DNA of 64,000 nt from an uncultured virus (IMG/VR IMGVR_UViG_3300033520_000026) (IMGVR_UViG_3300033520_000026:1-64000), one strand, 5' to 3'. Counted from the stretch's first letter, positions 17,734-26,549 are shown. A program made the numbers and translations. The notes: generated from the letters alone by a model not told the origin.

Positions 17734-19266
17734 ATGAGACGACTGATTAAGAGACTCAACCATCTGATGGCTTCCGCGAGAGAGATTCAATACGAGGGCA
17801 AGGGCGAGAAGGCGGCGGCGGAAGAAGCCAGGCGCATCGTCAATCTCCTTTCCGTCATGATGGAGCAGGCTGGGTACGAGATTGAGTATTCGTCGAAGGC
17901 CGACGAGTGGGTGGTGTGGGTCGATGGGAAGACCGGCGGTGCTGTGACGCTGTGGAAGAATCCCAAGGGCGACTGGCAGTTGATCAGCGGCGTGCCGGAG
18001 ATGGCCAAGCTGAGCACGAAGCCGTATGCGCACAAGGTCGACTTGCTCCGCGATCCGAAGCGCAAGGAGAACCGGGAGGCGTTGCGGGCCGCGACCGCGA
18101 TAGCGGAAAAGGTCATGGACAAGACGCGGGAGGGGACGCTGACCAAGGACTTCGCGCCCAAGTTTTCGACGGCGATACGGGCACGCAAGGACATGGGGGA
18201 TCCGGGCGGGGCAGCGGCGATGGGCGAAGAGATGGCGTTTGACATGCACAAGCAGGCCCAGGCGCTGTACCTCAAGGGCTGGGACGAGCACCCGAGCCCG
18301 AATGGCAAGCGGACGGCCTACGGGCGGACCTTCAAGTTGGGGTCAGTTGACGTGCCGCTGCGCATCATTCAGGAGGACGATGCGGGGAAGGCGTGGCGCG
18401 TAGACCGCAAGGGACTGCCCACCTGGGAGGCGATGTTCGACGGCAAGGAGTTCAAGTCGGCGGCAGCGGCGGGGCAGGCTGTAGCCGGTTGGTGGAAGCA
18501 GGTCGAGGCGGCATTCGAGCGGCTGACCAAGGATGGGTACAGAGCGCACGAGGCAGCCTTCAAGGCGCTGTCCAAGGTGCGGGAAGAGGACGTGGCGCGG
18601 GAGGGGCGAGCGGCGCTGCCCGAGGCCGAGGAGATGCTCTACGTTGACCAGCAGGCGGGGTTGGCAGTGGGGCAGACCATCGAGCGGGACAACCTGCGCA
18701 TGCACCGCTTCAATTCCAGCCTGCGCGTGACGGACGTCACCAATGCGGGGAAGCGCGGCAAGAAGTGCCCCGAGTTCGCCCTGTTCAACCTGGACTACGG
18801 CCAGCGCGATCCCAAGGACGTGGCGAAGATCAACGAGGCGTTGAAGGCCATCGTGAAGGCGAAGACCTATGCGCAGGCGGTGGCCATTGCCCGTGGGGTA
18901 GCGGCGAAGGATTCACAGCGCGGGATGTCGTTTGCGAGCATTGAGGAGCGCGATCTTCGCGGGGTCGATGTGGAGCCGATGGCACCGGCGGCGGGGTCCG
19001 CGATCCAGGTCGAGACGCCGACGTTCACGCTGAAGGCGTCGCGCACGGAATTCGACGTGATGGAGAAGCCCCGGCCGGGGACGGACGGCCAGGACGTGAC
19101 GGCGGTGATTCCGCCGGTAGGCGGCGCGAAGAAGACTGCGATTGCGCGGTTCTATGCGTGGGTGGGGTCGCACCAAGCGGAGATCAAGGGCATGACGTTC
19201 CGGGAGCTGTTGCGGGCGATGTCGGCAGCGGATCTGGACTATCACGCCTACAGCATGTTGGACTGA
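17734..19266 (+). CDS. Large leader-bearing putative internal protein, multi-domain
   Basis: N-terminus MRRLIKRL; RBS GAGGAGG; typical codon usage. Confidence 0.75.
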   Translation: MRRLIKRLNHLMASAREIQYEGKGEKAAAEEARRIVNLLSVMMEQAGYEIEYSSKADEWVVWVDGKTGGAVTLWKNPKGDWQLISGVPEMAKLSTKPYAHKVDLLRDPKRKENREALRAATAIAEKVMDKTREGTLTKDFAPKFSTAIRARKDMGDPGGAAAMGEEMAFDMHKQAQALYLKGWDEHPSPNGKRTAYGRTFKLGSVDVPLRIIQEDDAGKAWRVDRKGLPTWEAMFDGKEFKSAAAAGQAVAGWWKQVEAAFERLTKDGYRAHEAAFKALSKVREEDVAREGRAALPEAEEMLYVDQQAGLAVGQTIERDNLRMHRFNSSLRVTDVTNAGKRGKKCPEFALFNLDYGQRDPKDVAKINEALKAIVKAKTYAQAVAIARGVAAKDSQRGMSFASIEERDLRGVDVEPMAPAAGSAIQVETPTFTLKASRTEFDVMEKPRPGTDGQDVTAVIPPVGGAKKTAIARFYAWVGSHQAEIKGMTFRELLRAMSAADLDYHAYSMLD

Positions 19267-19278
19267 AGGAGCACTGCC

Positions 19279-20007
19279 ATGACGACCATGAACGATCTGT
19301 TTGAGAGCATGGAGACTGCCCAGGATGAGGCGGAGTTCTTCGAGGCGATCCTGGCAGCAGACGACGATCTTCTGGACGAGGTGTTCGACGAGGAAGATGT
19401 GGAGCGTCTGGCGATCATGGCCCAGCTCATTGGTGCGGCGGAGGCGGGGGCGCTATCCGAAGACCAGGACGATATGCTGGAGGGGTTTCGGAGCTGGATG
19501 GCCAAGAAGAAGACGCAGATTGCGAGCAAGTTGCCGCCGGGCGCGAAGATGGTATTCGGCAAGATCGTGAAGGGCGGCAAGGTGGTGGGGGGCGCGGCCA
19601 AGAAGGCCGTGGCGGGGGCGCAGAAGGCGGTCCAGAAGGGCGTGGCGGCCAAGCGGGCGGTGCAGGGCGCGGCGTATCGGTTCACGGACGCGGGCAAGAA
19701 GGCCCATGCGGCGGCGAAGAAGGTGGCGGACACCAAGGGCCGCAAGGCGGGGGACGCGGCGTGGAAGGCGTCCCAGGACACCTACAAGAAGCACGTCAAG
19801 GGCGGCGAGAGCCACGCCTATGCCACGGCGCAGGCGCAGAAGGCGGGGGCGCGATCCGGCGGGGAGAAGGCGAAGGCCAAGCCGAAGGCGGGCAAGGGCA
19901 AGAAGTCGGTTGCGCCGCCTCCACAGGGAGCGGAGCCGGTGAAGAAGACGCGGAAGCGCAAGCCGAAGATGGAAGACGTGTTTGCCTATGTGCAGGCTGA
20001 AGCATAG
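19279..20007 (+). CDS. Leader-bearing protein with an acidic N-terminus and a K/A-rich, histone-H1-like C-terminus
   Basis: MTTMNDLFESME; D/E-rich first about 68 aa, then K/A/G-rich. Confidence 0.75.
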   Translation: MTTMNDLFESMETAQDEAEFFEAILAADDDLLDEVFDEEDVERLAIMAQLIGAAEAGALSEDQDDMLEGFRSWMAKKKTQIASKLPPGAKMVFGKIVKGGKVVGGAAKKAVAGAQKAVQKGVAAKRAVQGAAYRFTDAGKKAHAAAKKVADTKGRKAGDAAWKASQDTYKKHVKGGESHAYATAQAQKAGARSGGEKAKAKPKAGKGKKSVAPPPQGAEPVKKTRKRKPKMEDVFAYVQAEA

Positions 20008-20037
20008 ACGCGAACCTGAGTTCGCCCGGAGGATGAC

Positions 20038-20493
20038 ATGACAACGATGCGGACACTGATCGAGGGGTTGGTTTTGCTGGGCAAAGGAAATACTAAAAAA
20101 TCTCTTGTCAGTGGTGTTCTGCTGCGATTGGCAACGGATCTGGCGCGGAAGTGGAAATTACCCAGTGTGGCATTGGACTTCTCCAAGACACTCAACCTTG
20201 CTGGATATGACGCATCATCAAACCAGTGGGATGTGCAGTTCTCGACGGATATTGTCGATGGGCGGTGGGCAGAAATCAGTTTTACGATTAATGATGACAG
20301 GATCGAATTGCTTGCGCAGTTACTTGATGACACCGGGAAGACTTATTCTGAACAGGGCAAGAAACATGAAAAGCGGAATGCGCGTGGGAAAGTGATCATT
20401 GGACGCGTGGTTGATGAGGTGAAAGGAGTCTTGGACCGTACTGAAGATAGTGATTTGTTTGCGATGAAATTATCTGATTTTTCAGTCAGGTGA
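20038..20493 (+). CDS. Leader-bearing putative internal protein; A/T-richer cassette
   Basis: MTTMRTLIEG; bracketed by ~49-bp repeats at 20003 and 20598. Confidence 0.7.
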   Translation: MTTMRTLIEGLVLLGKGNTKKSLVSGVLLRLATDLARKWKLPSVALDFSKTLNLAGYDASSNQWDVQFSTDIVDGRWAEISFTINDDRIELLAQLLDDTGKTYSEQGKKHEKRNARGKVIIGRVVDEVKGVLDRTEDSDLFAMKLSDFSVR

Positions 20494-20632
20494 TTTGTTG
20501 AAACGATCTGTAATCACTTGGAGGAAAGCCATGACATGGAATATCAATTCCTCAAAGGATATAAGCATGACTAGGATCGCTTCTGACCAGTAAGGAACAT
20601 AGACGCGAACCTGGGTTCGCCTGGAGGATGCC

Positions 20633-21226
20633 ATGACGACGATGCGACGACTATCCGGCCTGTTGACCGAGGCGACCATGAAGCGGCAGGGCCAGATCTT
20701 GCCGACCGAGCAGCGGGACTACGGGTACTTCGGACGGATCGAGTTCCGGTTTGAAAACGCGGACGCGATCTGGGCGGAGACATTTCGCCTGATCATGTCC
20801 GAGATGCCAGACGTATCGTCGGCGGCGATCCGTAACTACCTGGACTCGAAGAGCGGGATGAACTTTGGCGATCTGGTGGCGGCGGAATTGAAGGACACGT
20901 TGCCGACCCCGGATACGGCTGCGTATGGCCGGGTGTTCAATCCCAAGATGGCGGACGTGAAGCGCGTCGTGGCGTCCGTGTTTGGCAAAAACGCCTGGGT
21001 GCGGAAGCACGTCGAGGCGTATGCCAAGGACCAGGAAGCCTCCACCAGCGGGACGATGTCGGACATTGGCCGGTGGGTGATCGCTGTTGTCGATGATTTC
21101 GAGCTGGCACAGGACCAGGAGAAGAAGAAGAACTGGAAACAGCGGGATGCGGCTTTGCACAGCTTGCAGAAGGCGGCTGACCAGTTGCTCACGACGTCGC
21201 GGGCCTGGATGGCCCAGCGGAGGTAG
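20633..21226 (+). CDS. Leader-bearing putative internal protein
   Basis: MTTMRRLSGLLTEA; RBS GGAGG. Confidence 0.75.
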   Translation: MTTMRRLSGLLTEATMKRQGQILPTEQRDYGYFGRIEFRFENADAIWAETFRLIMSEMPDVSSAAIRNYLDSKSGMNFGDLVAAELKDTLPTPDTAAYGRVFNPKMADVKRVVASVFGKNAWVRKHVEAYAKDQEASTSGTMSDIGRWVIAVVDDFELAQDQEKKKNWKQRDAALHSLQKAADQLLTTSRAWMAQRR

Positions 21227-21234
21227 GGTCACTG

Positions 21235-21672
21235 ATGGATGAACGGGCACAGGTCGCGGCGGGCATCCTGGATCGCGTGCGGGCGATGCTGCTGGAGCGT
21301 CGCCTGACGGCCCGTGAGGCCCCACAGCCGCGCCCGAGCCAGGGGGCTGCTCGTGCTACGGCTCGCCTGTGGGCGCCGCTCCTGGGGGCGAACAAGCGCC
21401 CGGTGGGGGAGGTGCGCGTGGTGGTCATCGTGCCGAACGATCCGGCGGAGGCGGCGGACGTGCATGTGCGGTGGTCGCGGATGGGCTTTGGGTTCTGGTA
21501 CGTGAAGACGGCGGACGTGGGGGTGGTGGTGGAGGCCGAGGACGCGGACCTCGCAGCGGTAGAGATGATCCTGACGGCGGTGGGCTGGACGGCAGCGGGA
21601 TCGGTCCCGTTGCGGTCGATGAACATGATGTTTCCCAAGGTGCGCCGGAGCGTGAGCGACGTAGCGCGATAA
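21235..21672 (+). CDS. Hypothetical protein
   Basis: Co-oriented, tight packing, G/C-ending codons. Confidence 0.65.
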   Translation: MDERAQVAAGILDRVRAMLLERRLTAREAPQPRPSQGAARATARLWAPLLGANKRPVGEVRVVVIVPNDPAEAADVHVRWSRMGFGFWYVKTADVGVVVEAEDADLAAVEMILTAVGWTAAGSVPLRSMNMMFPKVRRSVSDVAR

Positions 21673-21682
21673 GGAGTGAGCC

Positions 21683-22483
21683 ATGGCAACGATGCGAACA
21701 TTGGTGAAGGACATGAGGGCGCTGGTCGAGGGCGACGTGGCAGCGGGACGTGGCCACAGGAGCCTGTCCGAAGGCGTTAGTGTAGATGATGTCAAGTCGG
21801 CGTTGAACAAGTTTGTTTTGAAAAAGATGGGACGCGGGCTGCATGACTGGAAGGTTGGAATACATTCTCCTCCAATGAACGTGCGTTTTGTCTTTGGTGT
21901 TCCATGGAAAAAATATCCTGGAGAGGCGTATGATCTTGAGGATGACATCGAAGCTGTTTTAGTCAGGACGATTGGAAGTGAAAATAAAATATGGGTGTGG
22001 CGACATGACGATGTTGATAACTATGTTTACTACCAAATAGAATTTCCTAAAAAAGCGGTATCTATTTACGAGGACGTTCGAGTGGTCTGTGGCCACAGGG
22101 GCCTGTCCGAAGCACGGATCGACGAGGCCAGCGGATCGGGACGTACCTGGGCCGACTTCGAGGGCGATGCCTTGGAGATGTTCTGTAAAGAGGTGGCGGC
22201 GGGCATCAAGAAATTGGCGGGTGGCCATGCCGAGTCCGTCAATGTGGAGCGCTCGCGCAACACTGTCTGGGTGGAGTACAAGGGGCAGAATCGCAGTGAT
22301 TTCGATCTGGAGTGGCAGGGGAGTTTAGTTACGGGAACAGGGGATGGTCACGAGGTTCTGATCAACGCGAGCTGGAAAGCGGCTGATGGCCTACAGCGCG
22401 TGGAACGCGATGTTCGGATGCGGGCAGGGATGGTTACGGCACAGAATGTCGTGAATCTCTTCGCCGAGGCATTTGGCAGATGA
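21683..22483 (+). CDS. Leader-bearing putative internal protein with an in-frame A/T-richer inserted domain
   Basis: MATMRTLVKDMRALVEG; internal 24-bp direct repeats at 21750 and 22089. Confidence 0.75.
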   Translation: MATMRTLVKDMRALVEGDVAAGRGHRSLSEGVSVDDVKSALNKFVLKKMGRGLHDWKVGIHSPPMNVRFVFGVPWKKYPGEAYDLEDDIEAVLVRTIGSENKIWVWRHDDVDNYVYYQIEFPKKAVSIYEDVRVVCGHRGLSEARIDEASGSGRTWADFEGDALEMFCKEVAAGIKKLAGGHAESVNVERSRNTVWVEYKGQNRSDFDLEWQGSLVTGTGDGHEVLINASWKAADGLQRVERDVRMRAGMVTAQNVVNLFAEAFGR

Positions 22484-23058
22484 CGACCATGCGATCCCTG
22501 TTCGAGGCGGTCGAGGGGAGGGAGTGGATCTTGGATCGTCCCTGGACGGTGGGGGCGTCGGCGTATCAGGCGGCCTTGAACGTCCATGAGCCCTGGGTCG
22601 CTGAGATCAGCCCGATGCAGTACGCGCACATGAGCAAGAGTGCCAAGGCGCAGTACGACAAGAAGCGGGCGGGGGAGTGGGAGGCGTCGGCGGCGGCGAA
22701 GGATAAGTGGCGGCAGGCGGTGTTGAAGGCGTTTGCCGAGGGGAAGTTCCAGCGCAAGGACGCGGACGTGCATCCTGACGCCGACATGGCGATCTTCCTG
22801 GCGCAGCAGGCAGCGGAGAAGGATGCGGCAGCGGCGCAGGCCAAGGAGCGCGGCCGGGAGAACGCCATTACGCGGGCCGACCAGGTGAAGGTGGGCGATG
22901 TCGTGTGGGTGGTGCTCTCGGGCAGCTACCAGACGGTGACCAAAGTCTCGCAGAAGTCCGTGATGGTGACGGGCAAGTTCGGGCCGATGAAGGTCACGAT
23001 GTCGGAGAAGTCGCCGCAGTTGAACTGGAAGAGCTACAATGACCTGCATGGCAAGTAG
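22480..23058 (+). CDS. Leader-bearing putative internal protein with an SH3/KOW-like C-terminus
   Basis: MTTMRSLFEAVEG; VKVGDVVWV..VTKVSQKSVMV. Confidence 0.7.
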   Translation: MTTMRSLFEAVEGREWILDRPWTVGASAYQAALNVHEPWVAEISPMQYAHMSKSAKAQYDKKRAGEWEASAAAKDKWRQAVLKAFAEGKFQRKDADVHPDADMAIFLAQQAAEKDAAAAQAKERGRENAITRADQVKVGDVVWVVLSGSYQTVTKVSQKSVMVTGKFGPMKVTMSEKSPQLNWKSYNDLHGK

Positions 23059-23073
23059 GGATAGGAGAGAGCC

Positions 23074-23490
23074 ATGACGATGAGAACCTTGATCGAGCGG
23101 TTTGAACGGATCATGGAGGCCCGCAGTGCGAATGTCGCCATCAGGCAGATAGCGGAGTTTTCTATGGAAATTCGTGCGATCCCGCGTGTTCGATCCAACG
23201 AGATTGCGCTTGAGGACAGGAACACGGCGGAGGACGTCTATCGCAATGCCCGGCGGATCGCCGACCGAGTCTTTTCCGGTCTCCTGGACGTTGGGAACGA
23301 CGAGCTTGCCCACGAAATTGAGGACATAGCTACCGACATGGATGCCGCTTACAAGGCGTTCGAGTCGGCGTGGATGAGGGTGCGAAAGGCTGGAACCACG
23401 GCATCGGATCCATCTGCTGTGGTGGAGAGTTATGAGCGTCTACGGGGGCAGGTGGATCGTTTGAAGAAAGCCATTGGGAGGATCGGATGA
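23074..23490 (+). CDS. Leader-bearing putative internal protein
   Basis: MTMRTLIERFERIMEAR; RBS AGGAG. Confidence 0.75.
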   Translation: MTMRTLIERFERIMEARSANVAIRQIAEFSMEIRAIPRVRSNEIALEDRNTAEDVYRNARRIADRVFSGLLDVGNDELAHEIEDIATDMDAAYKAFESAWMRVRKAGTTASDPSAVVESYERLRGQVDRLKKAIGRIG

Positions 23491-24101
23491 GGCACTTGAT
23501 CGAGCGAGTGGAGCGGATCATGGAGGCCCGTGGCACGGAGGTGCTCGTGAAGGAGCTGCCGGACGTGCTGCGCAAGGCGTTGAAGGACGTGGGCTACCGG
23601 AGCCGGGACATCGCGGTGGTGCCGCAGGCGCTGGTCAGCCTGAACCCCTACGCGGGGGACGGGGAGCGGGGCTTCGCGGTGCTGGTGAACCTGGCCACGG
23701 GCGCGACCAAGACGGTGCAGGGCGACTGGGGCGGGTACAGCCCGGTGGGGAAGCCCTCTATCGACCAGGATCGTGGCGAGCATCCGCTGCCTCGGGACGG
23801 CGTGGCCATCGTGGGGTCGAGTGGCGGGCGGGGCACCTACGCGACGATCTACGTGCATCCCGACAGCGTGGTGCCGTTGCTGCCGGGGGCCGTGGAGATG
23901 ACGGATCGTGAGGCGGGCATCCTGCGGAGCATGGCGATGACGTCGAGCTATCGCAAGGAGCTGTTCGCGGACATGAAGGTGCAGCCGGGCGAGGTGGACG
24001 CGCTGGTCGAGCGTGGATGGATTGCACGGAACAAGGCAGGGGCGTTGAGCTTGACGACGGCGGGCAAGAACGCGGCTTCGGCTGCTCACGGACGACGTTA
24101 G
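23487..24101 (+). CDS. Leader-bearing putative internal protein; its 3' end is repeated three times downstream
   Basis: MRHLIERVERIMEAR; winged-helix-like C-terminus LVERGWI..LSLTTAGKNAASAAHGRR. Confidence 0.75.
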   Translation: MRHLIERVERIMEARGTEVLVKELPDVLRKALKDVGYRSRDIAVVPQALVSLNPYAGDGERGFAVLVNLATGATKTVQGDWGGYSPVGKPSIDQDRGEHPLPRDGVAIVGSSGGRGTYATIYVHPDSVVPLLPGAVEMTDREAGILRSMAMTSSYRKELFADMKVQPGEVDALVERGWIARNKAGALSLTTAGKNAASAAHGRR

Positions 24102-24110
24102 GAGAGACGA

Positions 24111-24515
24111 ATGTCCACGATGCGCAAGCTGGCTGAGCAGTTGAAGGCAGCATCCGATGACGTTGCAGGCATTGGAACGATTAGATTATTGGGAGAGTCT
24201 ATGACGAATCCGAATGAACCGTATGCAACGTCGATACGGAACGCTTGGAGTGGGTTGTCCGTGTGGGCGGATGACATCGGGAAGCGGTTGACTAAGAGTA
24301 TTGGAGATGGCGTCAAGATCGTGGGAAGTATTGGTGTAGCCAAGGGAGTGGGTGATGCTGTGGAGGTGGTATTGAGTTTTCATATGCTTGGCACGCTGGA
24401 TGAAGAAGATGTATTTGATATGGCGTTGGTCAGGTTACAGAATTTAACGAATAGCACATGGGTGAAGGCAAAGCGGAACCGAAAGTTTGCGCTTGTTGCC
24501 ACCTATGATTTCTGA
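24111..24515 (+). CDS. Leader-bearing cassette protein, paralogue of ORF 26190
   Basis: MSTMRKLAEQL; shares W..W...G..L..IG..V...G..GV..D.VE..LVATYD with 26190. Confidence 0.75.
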   Translation: MSTMRKLAEQLKAASDDVAGIGTIRLLGESMTNPNEPYATSIRNAWSGLSVWADDIGKRLTKSIGDGVKIVGSIGVAKGVGDAVEVVLSFHMLGTLDEEDVFDMALVRLQNLTNSTWVKAKRNRKFALVATYDF

Positions 24516-24596
24516 AGCTTTAGATGCTGTTGAGTCTGACAACGGCGGGCAAGAACGCGGCTTCGGCTGCTCACGGTAGATGAAAAGGAGAGCGTC

Positions 24597-25049
24597 ATGG
24601 GAATAGAGCTACAGTCCTGGAATGCGTATCAGGTGATCCCGGATGAAGGGGTTAAGAAGCTTTTGGGTGTCGTGAAGACGAATCCTGGGAAAGATGCGAA
24701 GAAGCACGCCATCGGGAAAGCGATGAAAAAGTGGGGCGTGCATGGCGCCACCATTGGTTGGCATGTGGAAGTGAGCCCAGTTGAGCAGTCCGAACAACTG
24801 GCATCGAATGGGATGCGCCAGTTGTTTGAGAGACTCCAGATGGAGTCCATGGTCAAGGTTGGCAATGAAGAAATGGCGAAGGAATTCGCAAAAGAGAAAC
24901 AGGCATTTTACGGCATGAGTGTCTTTGATGGGAAATGGTACATCGGAGATATGGAGAAGCTGAAAAAGCTCGGAATCAATAGAATTATGGATGCTTCAGG
25001 GAAAGTAGCATGGGAGCAGAAGTTCCGTTTTCAGGGTAAGGAAATTTAA
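24597..25049 (+). CDS. Cassette protein with an internal leader-like motif
   Basis: RBS AGGAG; internal NGMRQLFERLQMES; A/T-richer. Confidence 0.7.
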   Translation: MGIELQSWNAYQVIPDEGVKKLLGVVKTNPGKDAKKHAIGKAMKKWGVHGATIGWHVEVSPVEQSEQLASNGMRQLFERLQMESMVKVGNEEMAKEFAKEKQAFYGMSVFDGKWYIGDMEKLKKLGINRIMDASGKVAWEQKFRFQGKEI

Positions 25050-25089
25050 GAACGCGGCTTCGGCTGCGCACAAGTAAAAGAGGTAAGCG

Positions 25090-25425
25090 ATGGCACGGAG
25101 CATGAAGAGTCTGATTGAGGGAATGCAGAAGATAATGGAGGCCCAATCTCTCGGAGGAGATCATGGCCGACCAAGAAGAATTGTGAAGATGGCAGCGGAA
25201 CAGATGCAAAGCATTGAAGGAAAAGATTGGTTACTGCGCGACGAAAGAGGCACATGGGAGAAAGAAGCTGCTCGACTTATAGATCAAGTGAAGGAAAAGG
25301 CAGAACAGCACGGGTTGAGTGATTCCGATGTTGATGAGCAGATTGCAACATATTTGTCTATAATGGTTTTGCAGACTCTTATAAATGATGCAAAGAAGGG
25401 ATCAAGAAAAAGAGCAAAGAAGTGA
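25090..25425 (+). CDS. Leader-bearing cassette protein
   Basis: MARSMKSLIEGMQKIMEA; A/T-richer. Confidence 0.7.
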   Translation: MARSMKSLIEGMQKIMEAQSLGGDHGRPRRIVKMAAEQMQSIEGKDWLLRDERGTWEKEAARLIDQVKEKAEQHGLSDSDVDEQIATYLSIMVLQTLINDAKKGSRKRAKK

Positions 25426-25488
25426 ACTTTTGAATATGTCATGAAATTGGATAAAAACGCGGCGGCGGCGCACGGACGGTGATGATGG

Positions 25489-26193
25489 ATGGCGGTGAAC
25501 GACGGTAGGCAGACAGGAGGCCCCATGCAGCCCTCGAACAGCTTGATCGTGAATGGTGAGAAGGTGTCGCTGCCCAAAGCGGTGTTGGACCTGGGCGTGC
25601 GTGGCACCAACTACATCGACGATGAGGAGCCCTGCTTGCGCAACAAGCCGCGCACGGCGAAGGTTTCGCATCTTGTGCTTCACGAGACGGCTGGGAACAG
25701 CGCGACGGGGTGCAAGGACACGTTGCGTGAGAAGAAGCTCGGCGTGCATCTGATCTTGGGCAAGGACGGTCTGCTGTCGTGTCACGCGGACTTGGCGTTG
25801 GACATTTGTTTTCACGGAAACCAGCTCAACTCCACCTCTGTTGGGATCGAGGTTGTGAACGCCTACAGACCGGAATTCGCAAGGAAGCCGTGCGGTCCTG
25901 TGTTGCCGGCGAATTGGTGGACGTGGGTTCCGCCTGGTCATGCGCGGACCTACCAGGCACCGCTTGGAATCCAGGTGGCGTGCATTCAAGCGCTGGTTCC
26001 TTGGCTGTGCGAATTGATGAAGATTCCATATGTGTTTCCGACGAAGAACTTTAACGCGAAGACACCCAAGATCTCTGGCTGGAAGGCTCCTCCATTGGGG
26101 TGGTACGCGAAGCCGGGACCGGGCGTTGTGGCGCATTCTGATTTCGCCAGCCATGCAGACGGCCGCTACCTACTAGAGCAGTTGATCGTATGA
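25489..26193 (+). CDS. N-acetylmuramoyl-L-alanine amidase (Amidase_2-type), probable endolysin; the start may be at 25525
   Basis: HLVLHETAG, GVHLILGKDG, FHGNQLNSTSVGIEVVN and VVAHSDF zinc-amidase motifs. Confidence 0.85.
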   Translation: MAVNDGRQTGGPMQPSNSLIVNGEKVSLPKAVLDLGVRGTNYIDDEEPCLRNKPRTAKVSHLVLHETAGNSATGCKDTLREKKLGVHLILGKDGLLSCHADLALDICFHGNQLNSTSVGIEVVNAYRPEFARKPCGPVLPANWWTWVPPGHARTYQAPLGIQVACIQALVPWLCELMKIPYVFPTKNFNAKTPKISGWKAPPLGWYAKPGPGVVAHSDFASHADGRYLLEQLIV

Positions 26194-26549
26194 AAGGGTC
26201 GCACATGGAAACCATGCTGAAGCTGTTTGAGGCGAGGGCCAATGCCGGGGAGCCAGTGGTTGCGGATTTTCGGAAGTCATGGGGTGAGATGGAGGAGTGG
26301 GCGAGCCAGTTGGGGCGGGCCTTGAACCGGGAGATCGGCGGGAAGGTGCGCTTCTTGGGCGGTGTTGGAGTGTCGAGAACCGCGCTTGATACGGTGGAGA
26401 TCTATGTGAATCTGGACGCGCCTGGGGAGCGCGAGAAGGATGAGACGTTGCGGCAGGCCATGACCTGGTTGAAGCAGCACACGAAGAGCGCCTGGGAGTT
26501 GAAGGAGCGTTACGGGAAGCCATCGTTGGTGGCCACATACGATCTCTGA
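26190..26549 (+). CDS. Leader-bearing protein, paralogue of ORF 24111
   Basis: METMLKLFEAR; ends SLVATYDL. Confidence 0.7.
   Translation: MKGSHMETMLKLFEARANAGEPVVADFRKSWGEMEEWASQLGRALNREIGGKVRFLGGVGVSRTALDTVEIYVNLDAPGEREKDETLRQAMTWLKQHTKSAWELKERYGKPSLVATYDL

Larger units (their letters stand above)
24044..25482 (+). repeat. Four direct copies of the 3' end of ORF 23487 (KNAASAAHGR), separating three cassette genes
   Basis: Copies at 24044-24091, 24529-24576 (45/48 identical to copy 1), 25048-25071 and 25453-25482. Confidence 0.9.

Noticed and set aside
24044..25482. CRISPR array interpretation of the repeated 24-48 bp units
   Set aside because: The spacers are 380-470 bp whole genes, the repeats are coding-derived and degenerate, and no cas genes are present.
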